Assembly: GCA_040772485.1 (NCBI GenBank)
Contig: JAXGYC010000010.1
Location: 384,001 to 448,000, forward strand
DNA length: 64,000 nt
Reading direction: 5' to 3'
Origin: Sedimentisphaerales bacterium
Lineage (GTDB): Bacteria > Planctomycetota > Phycisphaerae > Sedimentisphaerales > Anaerobacaceae
Shown here: piece by piece, positions 62,800 to 64,000 of the stretch
Layout: each line of letters starts with the position of its first letter
How positions within the stretch are numbered: position 1 is the stretch's first letter
Position numbers and translations under genes: made by a program
Notes under the pieces: generated by a model
Seen by the model: only the letters and a program-made list of their open reading frames with translations
What the model was told of the DNA's origin: nothing
The model's database searches: none

Positions 62800-63326
62800 G
62801 TATCCGAACGGTGAGAATTAGGGATAATTCGACTGGGAAACTCAAAGACGCGACGCTGAGGTCGGAGTTAGTGCCTCTTGATTTGGTCCGGATAGAAGGC
62901 GAATGGAAGGATACCAGGCTTGAACTAGTCAAGAAGAGGATCGAGAATGGCGTAAGGCCTGAAGATATCCCTCAGCATTGGCATTGGGACTGGAGTAAGA
63001 AAGCCCTCCTGTTGACAGAAGGCTCTCTTTTTCGTGCTTCCTTCTGTATTGAATGTGATGGGCAAACACAAGGGGCCCTGATGTTTACGACAGCGGGACA
63101 TTACGCTGAACTCGAGCCCGACAGAGGGCGGGATCTGGTTTATGTCGATTTCATTGAGACCGCCCCGTGGAATGCAAAGATACTCACTGATGAACCAAGA
63201 TATGGGGGGGTGGGGACTAGGTTAATCAAGGAAGCCGTTCTCATAAGCATGGATAGGGAGTTTCGCGGCAGGTTGGGATTAAGAGCACTGCGGCAATCTG
63301 TGCCATTCTATGAGGGAGTATGTTGA
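62796..63326 (+). CDS. GNAT acetyltransferase (candidate toxin), 3'-truncated by IS3
   Basis: VYVDFIETAPWN...YGGVGTRLI...GRLGLRAL.QSVPFY; the stop codon is the first TGA of the IS end. Confidence 0.8.
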   Translation: MSIRTVRIRDNSTGKLKDATLRSELVPLDLVRIEGEWKDTRLELVKKRIENGVRPEDIPQHWHWDWSKKALLLTEGSLFRASFCIECDGQTQGALMFTTAGHYAELEPDRGRDLVYVDFIETAPWNAKILTDEPRYGGVGTRLIKEAVLISMDREFRGRLGLRALRQSVPFYEGVC

Positions 63327-63398
63327 CCTGCCCTACGGATGGTGGGCGCGTGGCGAGCTGGATAGACTGGGCTGCCATAGACACGAAAGGAACCATCT

Positions 63399-63698
63399 AT
63401 GGCAGACAAGAGTACACGACCGAAACGCTACAGTGAGGAGTTCCGGCTCCAGGCCGCCAAGCTCATCGTCGAGGGCGGCACCACCTATCATCAGGCCTCC
63501 CAGCAATTGGGCGTCAGCGACTGGGCCCTGCGGTGCTGGGTCAAGGCCTTCCGCGCCAACGGCCACCTGCCGCCCAAAGGGCAGATGGTCCCGTTGGCCG
63601 AAGAACTCAAAGCGGCCCGGCGGGAATTGGCCCAACTGCGTCTGGAGAACGAAATCTTAAAAAAAGCGGCGGCGTACTTCGCCAAGGAGTCCCTGTGA
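63399..63698 (+). CDS. IS3 transposase OrfA
   Basis: RYSEEFR..A HTH; LRLENEILKKAAAYFAKE. Confidence 0.92.
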   Translation: MADKSTRPKRYSEEFRLQAAKLIVEGGTTYHQASQQLGVSDWALRCWVKAFRANGHLPPKGQMVPLAEELKAARRELAQLRLENEILKKAAAYFAKESL

Positions 63699-64000
63699 GG
63701 TACGCCTGGATCCACACCCAACGGGACGGCTATCCGCTGAAACTCCTGTGCCGGGTCTTGCAGGTCTCGCGGAGCGGCTATTATGCCTGGCGTCGACGCG
63801 AGCCCTCAGCGAGGACGCAACGACGTCAGGAGATCGCGCAGGCCGCACAACGCTCGCATGGCGATTCGCACGGGACCTATGGCTACCGGCGGGTGCACCG
63901 CGACCTGATCGAGGACCACCAGATCGCCTGCTGCCGCGAGACCGTCCGTCACGTCATGGGGGATTTGGGCCTTTCTGGCCGGCATAAACGGCGTTTCGTC
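63695..64000 (+). CDS. IS3 transposase OrfB (partial, -1 frame)
   Basis: VRYAWI...LCRVLQVSRSGYYAW...TYGYRRV. Confidence 0.88.
   Translation, partial: MRYAWIHTQRDGYPLKLLCRVLQVSRSGYYAWRRREPSARTQRRQEIAQAAQRSHGDSHGTYGYRRVHRDLIEDHQIACCRETVRHVMGDLGLSGRHKRRFV

Larger units (their letters stand above)
63324..64000 (+). mobile_element. IS3-family element, left part
   Basis: Starts TGACCTGCCC; orfA/orfB organisation; A7G slippery site at 63659-63666. Confidence 0.9.

Overview
GC-rich bacterial chromosomal window. It is most likely from an anaerobic Planctomycetota (Phycisphaerae/Sedimentisphaerales-like), an inference from the secreted discoidin/CBM protein family, bacterial topoisomerase VI and unlinked rRNA genes. 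From 1 to 36 kb it is mostly housekeeping and metabolic: YgiQ-like and BioB-like radical SAM enzymes, an orphan histidine kinase, top6B-top6A, two Gfo/Idh/MocA oxidoreductases, MFS, LOG, SDR, SuhB, two large secreted discoidin/CBM paralogs, and an AGE epimerase/DHS-like/PfkB-HAD operon. From 36 to 64 kb it is accessory-rich. It holds two MNT-HEPN toxin-antitoxin pairs, DUF2971, an HNH-AP2 protein, a fasciclin-bearing third paralog, hisI, and a four-helix-bundle (IVP/Avd-like) gene framed by complementary 9-mer arrays. It also holds a Sir2-HerA anti-phage operon interrupted by IS630 and bracketed by a 374-bp near-perfect inverted repeat. A 16S-less tRNA-Ile/tRNA-Ala/23S/5S operon, repeat-spaced TA cassettes, and an RHH-GNAT pair cut by an IS3 element complete the region. 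Intergenic DNA is dense with several REP families and degenerate 7-mer and 9-mer arrays. No CRISPR array was seen. All calls come from motif recognition by eye; no database searches were run.
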